14,520 nt of DNA, taken from positions 1-14,520 of the forward strand of contig JBHLNZ010000073.1 in NCBI GenBank assembly GCA_048941015.1, read 5' to 3'. This stretch comes from Promethearchaeota archaeon (lineage in GTDB: Archaea > Asgardarchaeota > Lokiarchaeia > Sigyniarchaeales > SOKP01). How positions within the stretch are numbered: position 1 is the first letter of the stretch; each line of letters starts with the position of its first letter. Both the position numbers and the translations under genes were made by a program. The notes under the pieces are model-generated. The model saw nothing but the letters and a program-made list of their open reading frames with translations, ran no database searches and was not told the origin of the DNA. Of this stretch, positions 1 through 8,554 are shown piece by piece.

Positions 1-2
1 TA

Positions 3-461
3 GCTAGATTTTTAAGAATCTTTGGCTATGATACTGTATACGCTAATGACTTAGAAGATATTTTTCATTTAAGTCCTTTACCTGATGAAAAGTTAAGAGA
101 TTATGCTAGGGAGAATAATTGTATCATTTTAACAAAAGACTATGAGTTTTTTAGAACATTAAAAGACAAATGTATATATTTAGAAGGCGTCGGTGTTTAT
201 AATTACTTAAGACAACTCCGATACAAATTAAATTTAAATTATAGTTTTAAGATGGAGAATGCAAGATGTTCTATATGCAATTCTCGCCTAGAAAGAGTAA
301 AAGATAAGAAAACTCTAGTAAATGAAGTATTGAATGAAACTTATAGAAATTATGATGAATTCTATCAATGTACCAACTCTAAATGTAAAAAAGTGTTTTG
401 GAAAGGAACACATATAATTGATATAGTTCAAAAACTAAAAAAACTTAAAATACCTTATTGA
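3..461 (+). CDS. Mut7-C RNase domain protein (PIN-like fold plus Zn ribbon, DUF82-like); 5' end lies outside the window
   Basis: The frame of the 252..461 ORF is open back to base 3, reading ARFLRIFGYDTVY...CIILTKD...RCSICN...YQCTNSKCKKVFWKGTH. These match the Mut7-C motifs LARxLRxxGYD, LTxD, RCxxCN and CxxC-K-x-[YF]WxGxH. The ATG at 252 is internal. Confidence 0.88.
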   Translation, partial: ARFLRIFGYDTVYANDLEDIFHLSPLPDEKLRDYARENNCIILTKDYEFFRTLKDKCIYLEGVGVYNYLRQLRYKLNLNYSFKMENARCSICNSRLERVKDKKTLVNEVLNETYRNYDEFYQCTNSKCKKVFWKGTHIIDIVQKLKKLKIPY

Positions 462-679
462 AAGTAATTTTGTTTTATTTCTTGAAATCTTAGTTTTACT
501 TTTTCAGCTTCTTCAATACAATTTCCTTTCTGATACATTGAATAAGCTTGATTTAGTAATTCTAACGTTTTTTTATATTCCTTGTTCTTAAAATGATTTT
601 CTGAGAGTTCTACTAAATAATCTCCTTTTCGTTTATAAAATTCAAGAAACTGTTCTGAAGTATCAATTTTTTTATCCAT
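455..679 (-). CDS. Small hypothetical helical protein, single TPR-like helical hairpin
   Basis: 74-aa ATG ORF. The segment KGDYLVELSENHFKNKEYKKTLELLNQAYSMYQKGNCIEEAEKV has a TPR-like pattern. It overlaps the Mut7-C gene tail-to-tail by 7 bp. Confidence 0.65.
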   Translation of the reverse strand: MDKKIDTSEQFLEFYKRKGDYLVELSENHFKNKEYKKTLELLNQAYSMYQKGNCIEEAEKVKLRFQEIKQNYFQ

Positions 680-755
680 TATAATTTTTCATTTATAATT
701 TCTTAAATATAAAATACTAATGAACTTAAACAAAATAAAATTATCTAAAAATTTT

Positions 756-2195
756 TTAAATAGATAATTCAGCATCTTCTCTAAATTTTTTCATATCGAT
801 TACTATTCCATTTAAGCGAGATTGATTCGCTGCAAATGCCATTAAATGGCTTTCCAAGGAAGCACGCGCGTTTGTTAAAGGTTGAGGATTATTATTATCC
901 TGTAGAGAATTAATAAAAGCGTCAATGAATAATAAATCACCTCCGCCATGTACAGCACTCTCGGGAGAAAATTTTTGTGCGAATATTATCTCCTCCTTAC
1001 CTGAAAAATGATCAAATAATCTTATTTTTTGACCTGAATCGAAAAATTCTCCAATTAGAGTCGCTTTAGTACCATCTATTCTAATAGTTCGCCCTTCACG
1101 TTCACTAAACCCATGCATTATAAGGTTAGCAGTCGTTTCATTTTTAAATTCAATATTTACAACCTGATGGTCGACAACATCATTATCACACTTAAATACA
1201 CATTTTCCATATGGACTCCTTGAGAGAATTTGTAATTTTGCCTCATCAGAATAATTATTCTCTATTTCTTCAGGTTGACCGGTATATATTGCAGAAACAG
1301 GCCAATCTTTATATTCAACTAATTGTTTTAAAACGGGTATTATTTTAGAGAGTACTTTTAAGGTTTTTTTATGATTTTTTCTTAAATTAGCGATAAACTT
1401 ATAAAATCCCATACCTGTTTTCTCTAATTCTTGTAAAATTGGTATAATTTCAATGTAAATTCTTGGAGAATAATATAAACATTCATTTTCTATAGGACAT
1501 CCCTCAATACAATAATCAGGAGCTCCTTTTGGAGCATTTTTCCTTTTAAATTGACTTAAATTTCCAAATGAACTGATCTTTGTTGGTATAGAATCAATCA
1601 TCCAATATAATAAGTCAAAATCATGACAACATTTTGCTAATATCATAGGTGAAGAATAATGTTTATTACTCCAATTTCCCCGAACAAAACTATGTGCCAT
1701 ATGATACCAAGAAACATTTTCACGGTGTGAAATATTAATAATTTTACCTAATGAACCATTTTGGATGGTATTGTAAATTGTTGAAAAAAATTGTGTATAT
1801 CTCAAAACATGGCTAATTCCCACTATTTTTCCTGTCTCTTCTGCCTTTTGAACGATTCTAACACATCCCTCTAAAGTGTGTGCCATTGGTTTTTCCAATA
1901 AAACATTATATTCTTTATCCAAAGCTGCTAAGGTGGGTTCTATATGCATTTGATCTTGTGTACAAATAAATGCTACATCAGCTAATTTATCTTCATATAA
2001 TAACTCTTCCCAACTATTATAAGATCTTTCTAGAGAAATTTTATGTAGATTGGCGAATTTCTCTCTTCTTGTTTGTATAGGTTCTGCGACAGCTAAGAAT
2101 TTTAATTTATTCGGATACTTTAATGCATAAGTACCATATAAATCCATTCCTCTAAGTCCTGCACCTATTAATACCGCAGTAATAAGGTTAGCCAT
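756..2195 (-). CDS. Gfo/Idh/MocA family NAD(P)-dependent oxidoreductase (Cys-rich subfamily)
   Basis: N-terminal Rossmann motif LIGAGLRG, LLEKPM, HVLRY, HSFVRGNW, LAKCCHDFDLL, YGKCVFKCDNDVVDHQ, HGGGD and SLESHLMAFAA. Confidence 0.92.
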   Translation of the reverse strand: MANLITAVLIGAGLRGMDLYGTYALKYPNKLKFLAVAEPIQTRREKFANLHKISLERSYNSWEELLYEDKLADVAFICTQDQMHIEPTLAALDKEYNVLLEKPMAHTLEGCVRIVQKAEETGKIVGISHVLRYTQFFSTIYNTIQNGSLGKIINISHRENVSWYHMAHSFVRGNWSNKHYSSPMILAKCCHDFDLLYWMIDSIPTKISSFGNLSQFKRKNAPKGAPDYCIEGCPIENECLYYSPRIYIEIIPILQELEKTGMGFYKFIANLRKNHKKTLKVLSKIIPVLKQLVEYKDWPVSAIYTGQPEEIENNYSDEAKLQILSRSPYGKCVFKCDNDVVDHQVVNIEFKNETTANLIMHGFSEREGRTIRIDGTKATLIGEFFDSGQKIRLFDHFSGKEEIIFAQKFSPESAVHGGGDLLFIDAFINSLQDNNNPQPLTNARASLESHLMAFAANQSRLNGIVIDMKKFREDAELSI

Positions 2196-2201
2196 AATTT
2201 A

Positions 2202-3326
2202 TCATCTCTTAACATCTAACACAGATGGGATAATCCCTTCGATTAATAAGAAATCAAGTAAAACAATAGCAGTCATGGCCTCAACAACTACAACTGCTCG
2301 GGGAACAATGCACGGATCATGTCTTCCCTCTATCTGAATTACTGCTTCCTTCATAGTTTTGACATTTACAGTTTTTTGAGGCATACCGATTGATGGTGTG
2401 GGCTTAACTGCAACTGTAAATTCTATTGGCATTCCTGTCGAGATTCCTCCAATTATGCCTCCAGAATCGTTTTTTTCTGTTAGAATTTTACCATTTTTAA
2501 TTATCCATGGATCGTTATGCTCAGATCCCCTCATTTTAGTTGCTTTAAATCCAGCTCCAAATTCTATTCCTTTAATAGCAGGAATTGAAAAAATTGCTTT
2601 GCTAATATTCGATTCAATACTATTAAACAATATTCCTCCAATCCCGGGGGGACAATTAGAAACTATACATTTAATTGTACCACCTATTGAGTCTTTAAGT
2701 TTTTTTACTTCAAGTATTTCTTGTTCCATTTTTTTAGATAATTCAGGATTGAGAGCCCTAACTCCTGAACCCTCTCTTGATTGTATTAGTTGATTTATAT
2801 TGTTAATATCATAATGTTCATTATCCTCAATCTGACCAATACTTTTAGTAAAAGCAAAAATGGAAATGTTATATTTATTTAGAATTTGTTTAGCTACGGC
2901 TCCAGCCATAACAAATCCAGCAGTTAATCTTCCAGAAAATCTTCCAGAGCCTCGATAATCAGCGTACCCACCAAATTTCTTTAAAGAAGAAAAATCAATT
3001 TGAGAAGGTCTTAACAGATTTTTTAGCTTTTCATATTTTGAAGGGTCAATATCTTCATTTTTAATAATAAGACATATTGGTGCACCTGTCGTTTTCCCAT
3101 TAAATACTCCTGATAATAATTCTGCTTCATCTGACTCTAACCTAGGCGAAGTTAATATAGACTGCCCCGATTTTCTCATATTTAATTGTTCTTGAATAAA
3201 TCCCAAATTAAAATCTAAACCAGCTGGTGCGCCATCGATAACAATCCCAATTAATTTACCATGACTTTCTCCAAATGAAGTTATTTTAAAAATGGTTCCA
3301 AAGCTATTATCTCCCAATATTTTCAC
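2202..3326 (-). CDS. aroC: Chorismate synthase; start is GTG at 3326 or TTG at 3317
   Basis: SFGESHG, GKTTGAPI, GRFSGRLTA, DSIGG, SIPAIKGIEFGAGF, GSEHND, GGIIGGISTGMPI, KPTPSI and GRHDPCIVPRA. Confidence 0.96.
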   Translation of the reverse strand: MKILGDNSFGTIFKITSFGESHGKLIGIVIDGAPAGLDFNLGFIQEQLNMRKSGQSILTSPRLESDEAELLSGVFNGKTTGAPICLIIKNEDIDPSKYEKLKNLLRPSQIDFSSLKKFGGYADYRGSGRFSGRLTAGFVMAGAVAKQILNKYNISIFAFTKSIGQIEDNEHYDINNINQLIQSREGSGVRALNPELSKKMEQEILEVKKLKDSIGGTIKCIVSNCPPGIGGILFNSIESNISKAIFSIPAIKGIEFGAGFKATKMRGSEHNDPWIIKNGKILTEKNDSGGIIGGISTGMPIEFTVAVKPTPSIGMPQKTVNVKTMKEAVIQIEGRHDPCIVPRAVVVVEAMTAIVLLDFLLIEGIIPSVLDVKR

Positions 3327-3432
3327 ATCTGGAAAAAAATTTTAATATTATTAACTAAATTATGTTTAATTATTATTGTATACTTAATTTTCTTTAGGCT
3401 TTATTATAGTTATTATTGGAATTATTGTAATA

Positions 3433-4758
3433 ATGAATATTAAAATTAAACCTTCAAATGGATTGAAAGGCGATATAATCGCACCAGGATCAAAAAGTTA
3501 TTCTCATCGCGCATTTATTGCAGCTAGTTTATCAGAAGGGATATCAAAGATTAAAAATGCTCTTATTTCTGGTGATGTGAAAGTAACAATAGAAATTTTA
3601 AGAAGTTTAGGTATTAAAATCATAAAGAACGTGGATAATATTTACACTGTTGAAAATTCTAAAGGTTTCTTCGAAAATGTTTCAGATATACTGGATTGCA
3701 AAAATTCTGGGACATCAATTCGAATTTTTAGTGCATTATCAATTCTAATTAAGGGAGGACTTTCATTTAAAGGAGATTTTCTAAATAGAGGTAGACCAAT
3801 ATTGCCCTTACTTGAGGCATTAACTCAACTAGGAGGAAAATATAGTCTAAATGAAAACTTATTAAATATTAAAAGAGTATCAAATCAATGTCGTGATATT
3901 AAAATTCGGGGAGATATAAGTTCCCAATTTATTACTGCTTTATTAATGATTTGTCCATTGCTTGAATGTGAAAACAGAGATAATATTAAAGTTGAAATTA
4001 CTTCACCTATAAGTTCATATCCTTTTATTGAAATAACTTTAGAAATATTAAATTCATTTGGGATTAATATTCAAGAGAAATTAGATAATAATAAAGAAGG
4101 AGTATATGAAATACCATTAAACCAAAAATATAAAGCTCAGACATATGAGATACCTGGAGATTTCTCTTCAATTGCATTTATCATTGCTGCTGCAGTCTTG
4201 TCTCCTGAGAATTCTAAAATCACGATTATTAATTTAGATTTTAATAAACCTCAGGGAGATAAAAAAATAATTGATATATTACAACAGATGGGAGCTAAAA
4301 TTGATGTTGATCTCGAGCAGAATTGTATAAAAGTTAGTGGCAATTTAAAAAAATATCCACTAAAAGGAATTAGTATAGATTGTCGAGACATTCCTGATCT
4401 TTTTCCAATTCTTTCTGTTATTGGTGCATTCGCAGATAATAAAACAATTTTATATAATGCATCTACCTTAAGATTAAAAGAAAGTGATAGAATTTCAGTT
4501 GTCGCGCGAGAACTGAAAAAAATGGGAGTAAAAATCATTGAAGAGAAAGATAAATTAACAATTTTTCATTGTAAAAAATTAAGAGGTTCTGTTATAGAAC
4601 ATGATAACGATCATAGAATTGCATTAGCATTTTCGATAGCAGCTTTATATGCTAATTCAAATTCTCAAATATATAACGTAGATATCGTTGAAGATTCTTT
4701 TCCCGATTTTATAAGGGTGTTAAGAAGTTTAGGTGCGCAGCTGCAAGAAAATATATAA
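3433..4758 (+). CDS. aroA: 3-phosphoshikimate 1-carboxyvinyltransferase (EPSP synthase)
   Basis: PGSKSYSHR, NSGTSIR, RP, ISSQFITALL, PGDFSS, QGD, DIPD, LRLKESDRI, DHRIA and SFPDF. Confidence 0.97.
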   Translation: MNIKIKPSNGLKGDIIAPGSKSYSHRAFIAASLSEGISKIKNALISGDVKVTIEILRSLGIKIIKNVDNIYTVENSKGFFENVSDILDCKNSGTSIRIFSALSILIKGGLSFKGDFLNRGRPILPLLEALTQLGGKYSLNENLLNIKRVSNQCRDIKIRGDISSQFITALLMICPLLECENRDNIKVEITSPISSYPFIEITLEILNSFGINIQEKLDNNKEGVYEIPLNQKYKAQTYEIPGDFSSIAFIIAAAVLSPENSKITIINLDFNKPQGDKKIIDILQQMGAKIDVDLEQNCIKVSGNLKKYPLKGISIDCRDIPDLFPILSVIGAFADNKTILYNASTLRLKESDRISVVARELKKMGVKIIEEKDKLTIFHCKKLRGSVIEHDNDHRIALAFSIAALYANSNSQIYNVDIVEDSFPDFIRVLRSLGAQLQENI

Positions 4759-4772
4759 TTAAATATAATAAT

Positions 4773-5189
4773 CTATCTAAACGATTTCTGTCTTCTTTTT
4801 CTTGCTTTTGTTCCACCAAAATGTTTTGGTTCAGTTCTCCTTGAATCACCAGAGAGAAGTGATTCATCATATTCTCGGAAAGTTTTCTCTATTGTTTTAG
4901 TTCCTACTAACTTATTAATTGATTTAGCAATAGCAATTCGAACAGCATCAGTTTGACCCATACTTCCTCCACCTTTGACTCTAACTCTAATATCACATTT
5001 CTCAATTTTAGGATGATCAACAATTTCTAATACTTCTTTAATTCTTAATCGCGCAATTTCTGGTTCATAATAATCTAGAGGTACATTATTAATTTTGATT
5101 TGTCCTTTCGCAGGATATTTCAACACTGCCCTTGCTATGGCTGCTTTTCTTTTTCCTGATGATTGTATAACTTTAACTTTCTCGGACAT
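4773..5189 (-). CDS. rps9: 30S ribosomal protein uS9 (archaeal type)
   Basis: SGKRKAAIARA, VKGGG..GQTDAVRIAIA, YDESLLSGDSRRTEPK and C-terminal ARKRRQKSFR. It follows rpl13. Confidence 0.97.
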   Translation of the reverse strand: MSEKVKVIQSSGKRKAAIARAVLKYPAKGQIKINNVPLDYYEPEIARLRIKEVLEIVDHPKIEKCDIRVRVKGGGSMGQTDAVRIAIAKSINKLVGTKTIEKTFREYDESLLSGDSRRTEPKHFGGTKARKRRQKSFR

Positions 5190-5194
5190 ATAAA

Positions 5195-5674
5195 TTAAGC
5201 ACCTATTTGATTCTTATTCCAGCCTATCCGTGAACAAAGGCTTTCTAATGTTATGAATTTGTTATAATGAGATAATCTCTTTTTATCAGCATCATAAATC
5301 TCTGTAGGAATTAAATTTTGATATCGCTTTTGAAAACGTTCTGGTATCTCGCTAATATAAACATGAACTTTTTTAAGAGCTTCCTTTCCCCTTATCTTTT
5401 TTCTAGGTAACATCTTCTTAATGACATTTCGCATGAAATTATCTGGTCTTCTAGGCCAAAAAGGGCCTCTTCGAGGATTCGTAGCAGTACTAATATTTAA
5501 TTTGTCCAAGTATTTATCAAATATATCCCGCTTATTCCCACTTATTATAGCATCTTTAGCATTTATTACTACAATATATTCACCCAAAAGTGCCTTTTTA
5601 GCAATTTGACTACAAAGACGTCCTAATATTTTATTTTTAGCATCGATTAAAAGATATTCTTGCATATTCATCAT
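5195..5674 (-). CDS. rpl13: 50S ribosomal protein uL13 (archaeal type); start may be Met1, Met2 or Met4
   Basis: IDAKNKILGRLCSQIAKKAL.GE..VVINA, RGPFWPRRPD and KMLPRKK.RGKEALK. It lies between rpl18e and rps9. Confidence 0.96.
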   Translation of the reverse strand: MMNMQEYLLIDAKNKILGRLCSQIAKKALLGEYIVVINAKDAIISGNKRDIFDKYLDKLNISTATNPRRGPFWPRRPDNFMRNVIKKMLPRKKIRGKEALKKVHVYISEIPERFQKRYQNLIPTEIYDADKKRLSHYNKFITLESLCSRIGWNKNQIGA

Positions 5675-5686
5675 ACCTTCATTCTT

Positions 5687-6043
5687 CTAATAGATAATTT
5701 TTACATTTTTCCCGTCTGGATTTTTTTCTAATAATTCTTCAACAGAAATAAGTTTACTACCAGAATCTTCAATCTTTTTTTTAGCATTATCAGAATAACT
5801 TACACAAGCGATTGTTAGTTTATGATCTAAGTCACCAATTCCAAGAACTTTTCCAGGTACGACTATAACATCATTATTTTTTGTCACTTTATTTATACGG
5901 TAAAGATTTGCTTCAACTCTGTTTCTTCTCGGTCCAGATAACTTCTTTGAAACTCTTCTCCAAATTCTTCTCTTAGTTTTCCATAACTCACGAATAAGTT
6001 TTCTTTGGTAATAATTACTTGGACCAGTTATTCGGTGACTCAT
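5687..6043 (-). CDS. rpl18e: 50S ribosomal protein eL18
   Basis: IWRRV..LSGPRRNR.EANL.RIN, VIVVPGKVLG.G and NPDGKNVKII. It has the canonical position after rpoD. Confidence 0.96.
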   Translation of the reverse strand: MSHRITGPSNYYQRKLIRELWKTKRRIWRRVSKKLSGPRRNRVEANLYRINKVTKNNDVIVVPGKVLGIGDLDHKLTIACVSYSDNAKKKIEDSGSKLISVEELLEKNPDGKNVKIIY

Positions 6044-6131
6044 AATTTTAATACAACTTAGAATTCTATTCTTTCGATATAAAGTCTAAAATTTATGATA
6101 TTTTAATAAATTTTTGTTAAATTCATGTAAT

Positions 6132-6971
6132 TTATGTTTCTATTTCAAGTCCTTCTAATTCTGTAATAAATTCTTCAATCTTTTCATTAAAAATTTCAAA
6201 TGTTTTTTTAATTAAAACATTGAATGGTAAGACTCCGTCACTTTCTATTGTAAAAATGTAGGTATTTTCTTTTGGATACACATTAATTTTATTATTAGAA
6301 TTTGTCTGACATGATTTACATAAAGTGCAGGATTTCCAATAATCATCCTTCAATTTTAGTATGTTTTTATCTGTTAACTCGAATAACTTTTCTGGACACA
6401 TTTTTGAAATTGTTTTGTTTTCTTTGATATCTTTAAATTCGTTTTCATCAAATTCAATAATCGGATAATAACGAAAAGCGACGTTTGAAACCGCTTGCCA
6501 TTTAGAATGATCTTTTGCTTTTCCTAGTATCGCATATGCTTCAATTATAACTTTATTATTTTTATCTATTTTTACAAGGGGAATATAGGGATTTACGGGA
6601 ACAATCTTAGGATCATTGGAATTTAAATCTCCAGAAAAAATTTCTAAAGGAGCATTTGTATTATTTGTTATTTCACAAGTCAAAGATACTTGACATAAAG
6701 GACACCCAAATCCTCCACACTCGCAAGATTGTGGCAATTTATATGTTTCTAAATCAGTTTTTAAAGGGATCATTCCCAAACGATGTGCTATAATCTCATC
6801 ATACAAAGGTGAGTCATTCTTTAAAATAATAACCTCATCTATCGCCATAACAGGTATTTCGGTGAGGATTATTCTTCTCAATGCATTAACCATTTCAATA
6901 GAAATTCCCTCTATAATAAATACCATCTTGTACTCTGTTTGTTCTAGGATCTCAAGCTTTAGAGGACTCAT
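6132..6971 (-). CDS. rpoD: DNA-directed RNA polymerase subunit D (Rpo3)
   Basis: NALRRIILTEIP, NDSPLYDEIIAHRLGMIPL, Zn loop CECGGFGCPLC, G.AKDHSKWQA, ferredoxin-like CP...CTLCKSC and FTIESDG. Confidence 0.97.
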   Translation of the reverse strand: MSPLKLEILEQTEYKMVFIIEGISIEMVNALRRIILTEIPVMAIDEVIILKNDSPLYDEIIAHRLGMIPLKTDLETYKLPQSCECGGFGCPLCQVSLTCEITNNTNAPLEIFSGDLNSNDPKIVPVNPYIPLVKIDKNNKVIIEAYAILGKAKDHSKWQAVSNVAFRYYPIIEFDENEFKDIKENKTISKMCPEKLFELTDKNILKLKDDYWKSCTLCKSCQTNSNNKINVYPKENTYIFTIESDGVLPFNVLIKKTFEIFNEKIEEFITELEGLEIET

Positions 6972-6992
6972 TGTTGCTAATTTCTCTCATAT

Positions 6993-7007
6993 CTATAAAT
7001 AGCTTTT
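6993..7007 (-). promoter_or_regulatory. Candidate BRE/TATA promoter for rpoD (leaderless or short leader)
   Basis: The minus strand reads AAAAGCTATTTATAG, with TTTATA 23-28 nt upstream of the rpoD ATG. The evidence is weak because the background is so AT-rich. Confidence 0.3.
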
Positions 7008-7072
7008 AAATATAAAATGAAATATTGAATCTAAGATAAATTTTATGGTTGTTTAATAAAAAAATAGAATTT

Positions 7073-8407
7073 TTAATAAAATTTAAAATATTCATAAGCT
7101 CTATTTGATGATTGAAAACAATATTTTATATCTTGATATTCTTTTCTGAAATCAATCGCTTCTAAACGAACTTGTTTAGGATCTTTCTTATCAATAAGCA
7201 ATTTTTTAATTAATTCTGCAATATCCTCCATCTCACTTTTCCCCATTCCAAGGCGGGTCACTTCAGAAGTACCTATTCTTAAGCCTCCTGGATTTTGATA
7301 ATGTCGACCTTCTGCTATATCCCAGGGTAATAAATTTCGATTAAGAATAATATTAGCACTTTCTAAAAGTCTCTCAATATCTCCACCTAGACCAATTGTT
7401 TTTTCAAAGCTAGTTACATCAACAACTATTTGGTGTGATTCGGTAAAACCTTTATGCTCCATTAAGACTTTTATTCCTCGCTCGTGTAATGCTTGGCCAA
7501 GCGCTTTTGCATTTGCTATAACATTCTTATGATAGTTTTTACCATATTCTAACATCTCAGCCAATGCTACAGCTAACCCAGCCACGTTATGCAAGTGATG
7601 ATTAGATAATAAAGCAGGAAAAGCGCAAGATCTTAAAGTATCAATCATGTCTTCTCGATTTGAAACTAAAGCACCATGTTGAGGGCCAGGTAATGTTTTA
7701 TGAGTACTCATTGTCATAGCATCAGCTCCTTCTCGTAGTGGATCTTGGAAGTACCCAGAACCGATTAATCCAGCAACATGGGCTGCATCATAACCAACTG
7801 CTGCTCCGATTTCTTTAGCAACATTAGCAAGTTCCTTAACTGGATGAGGAAAAAGAAAAACTGATCCTCCGAACAAAACCATCTCTGGTTCGAATTCTCT
7901 AATAATTTTTGCTGTACCATCGGGATCTATGTTCATTTCATCATTATTAAAAGCCATGTATTCAATATTCAATCCCCTCACAGTTCCCGCAGTACCATAT
8001 ATTGCCATTCCACTTTTTGTAAATTTAGGGGCGTGTGAAATATGGCCCCCTTTGGGAATAGGCATTATTAACATCTTTCCGTTGTTATCAGAAGTAAACG
8101 CATTATACATAGCCAAATTGGCAACCACACCAGAAATAGGTCGAACATCTGCATGAATACAGTTGAAATATTCCTTTGCAAGCTCCATACAAATATCCTC
8201 TACTAAATCAATATATTTACACCCTGCATAAACTCTTTGTCCAACCCATCCTTCAGCATAACGGTGACTAAAATCACAACAACAGGCTTCATCTACAGCG
8301 GGGCTAGTAATATTTTCAGATGCGATTAATGGGATTGCTTGCTTAAACAAATCATGGTGCTCTATTAATAAATTTCTGATTTCTTCTAATTTCTTACTCA
8401 ACTTCAA
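7073..8407 (-). CDS. glyA: Serine hydroxymethyltransferase (archaeal type), TTG start
   Basis: LIASEN, RYAEG...RVYAGC, RPISGVVAN, GGHISH, YDAAHVAGLI, PLP-lysine motif STHKTLPGPQ, NRNLLPWD and GLRIGT.E.TRLG. Confidence 0.97.
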   Translation of the reverse strand: MKLSKKLEEIRNLLIEHHDLFKQAIPLIASENITSPAVDEACCCDFSHRYAEGWVGQRVYAGCKYIDLVEDICMELAKEYFNCIHADVRPISGVVANLAMYNAFTSDNNGKMLIMPIPKGGHISHAPKFTKSGMAIYGTAGTVRGLNIEYMAFNNDEMNIDPDGTAKIIREFEPEMVLFGGSVFLFPHPVKELANVAKEIGAAVGYDAAHVAGLIGSGYFQDPLREGADAMTMSTHKTLPGPQHGALVSNREDMIDTLRSCAFPALLSNHHLHNVAGLAVALAEMLEYGKNYHKNVIANAKALGQALHERGIKVLMEHKGFTESHQIVVDVTSFEKTIGLGGDIERLLESANIILNRNLLPWDIAEGRHYQNPGGLRIGTSEVTRLGMGKSEMEDIAELIKKLLIDKKDPKQVRLEAIDFRKEYQDIKYCFQSSNRAYEYFKFY

Positions 8408-8554
8408 TCAAACCTTATTTTACGAATTTTGAATTATTAAATTAAAAATAAAATTTCAATTTTTTTAAATCTTATGTCAAAATCTTTATTAATTTAAATT
8501 TAGGTTATAAAATTTTCGACATATTGAATAATTTAACAAATATCAAGAATTAGA

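Noticed and set aside
252-461. 69-aa Zn-ribbon protein as a complete gene
   Set aside because: The frame is open to the window edge and carries N-terminal Mut7-C motifs, so this is the C-terminal part of a longer CDS.
3-679. Toxin-antitoxin pair (PIN-like RNase plus small protein)
   Set aside because: The genes are convergent rather than co-transcribed, and the small protein shows no antitoxin DNA-binding fold.
2398-2793. 131-aa + strand ORF
   Set aside because: Antisense shadow lying entirely within aroC; no recognisable motifs.
3327-3432. Repeated TTATTA(T/G) motifs in the aroC/aroA spacer, and AATAGAA recurring in several intergenic regions
   Set aside because: Low-complexity motifs expected by chance in very AT-rich DNA; not supportable without statistics.
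4251-4538. 95-aa - strand ORF
   Set aside because: Antisense shadow within aroA.
5421-5609. 62-aa + strand ORF
   Set aside because: Antisense shadow within rpl13.
7929-8156. 75-aa + strand ORF
   Set aside because: Antisense shadow within glyA.
8273-8287. CCC cysteine triplet in SHMT as a metal site
   Set aside because: It falls in a variable N-terminal segment with no supporting ligand pattern, so no function can be claimed.
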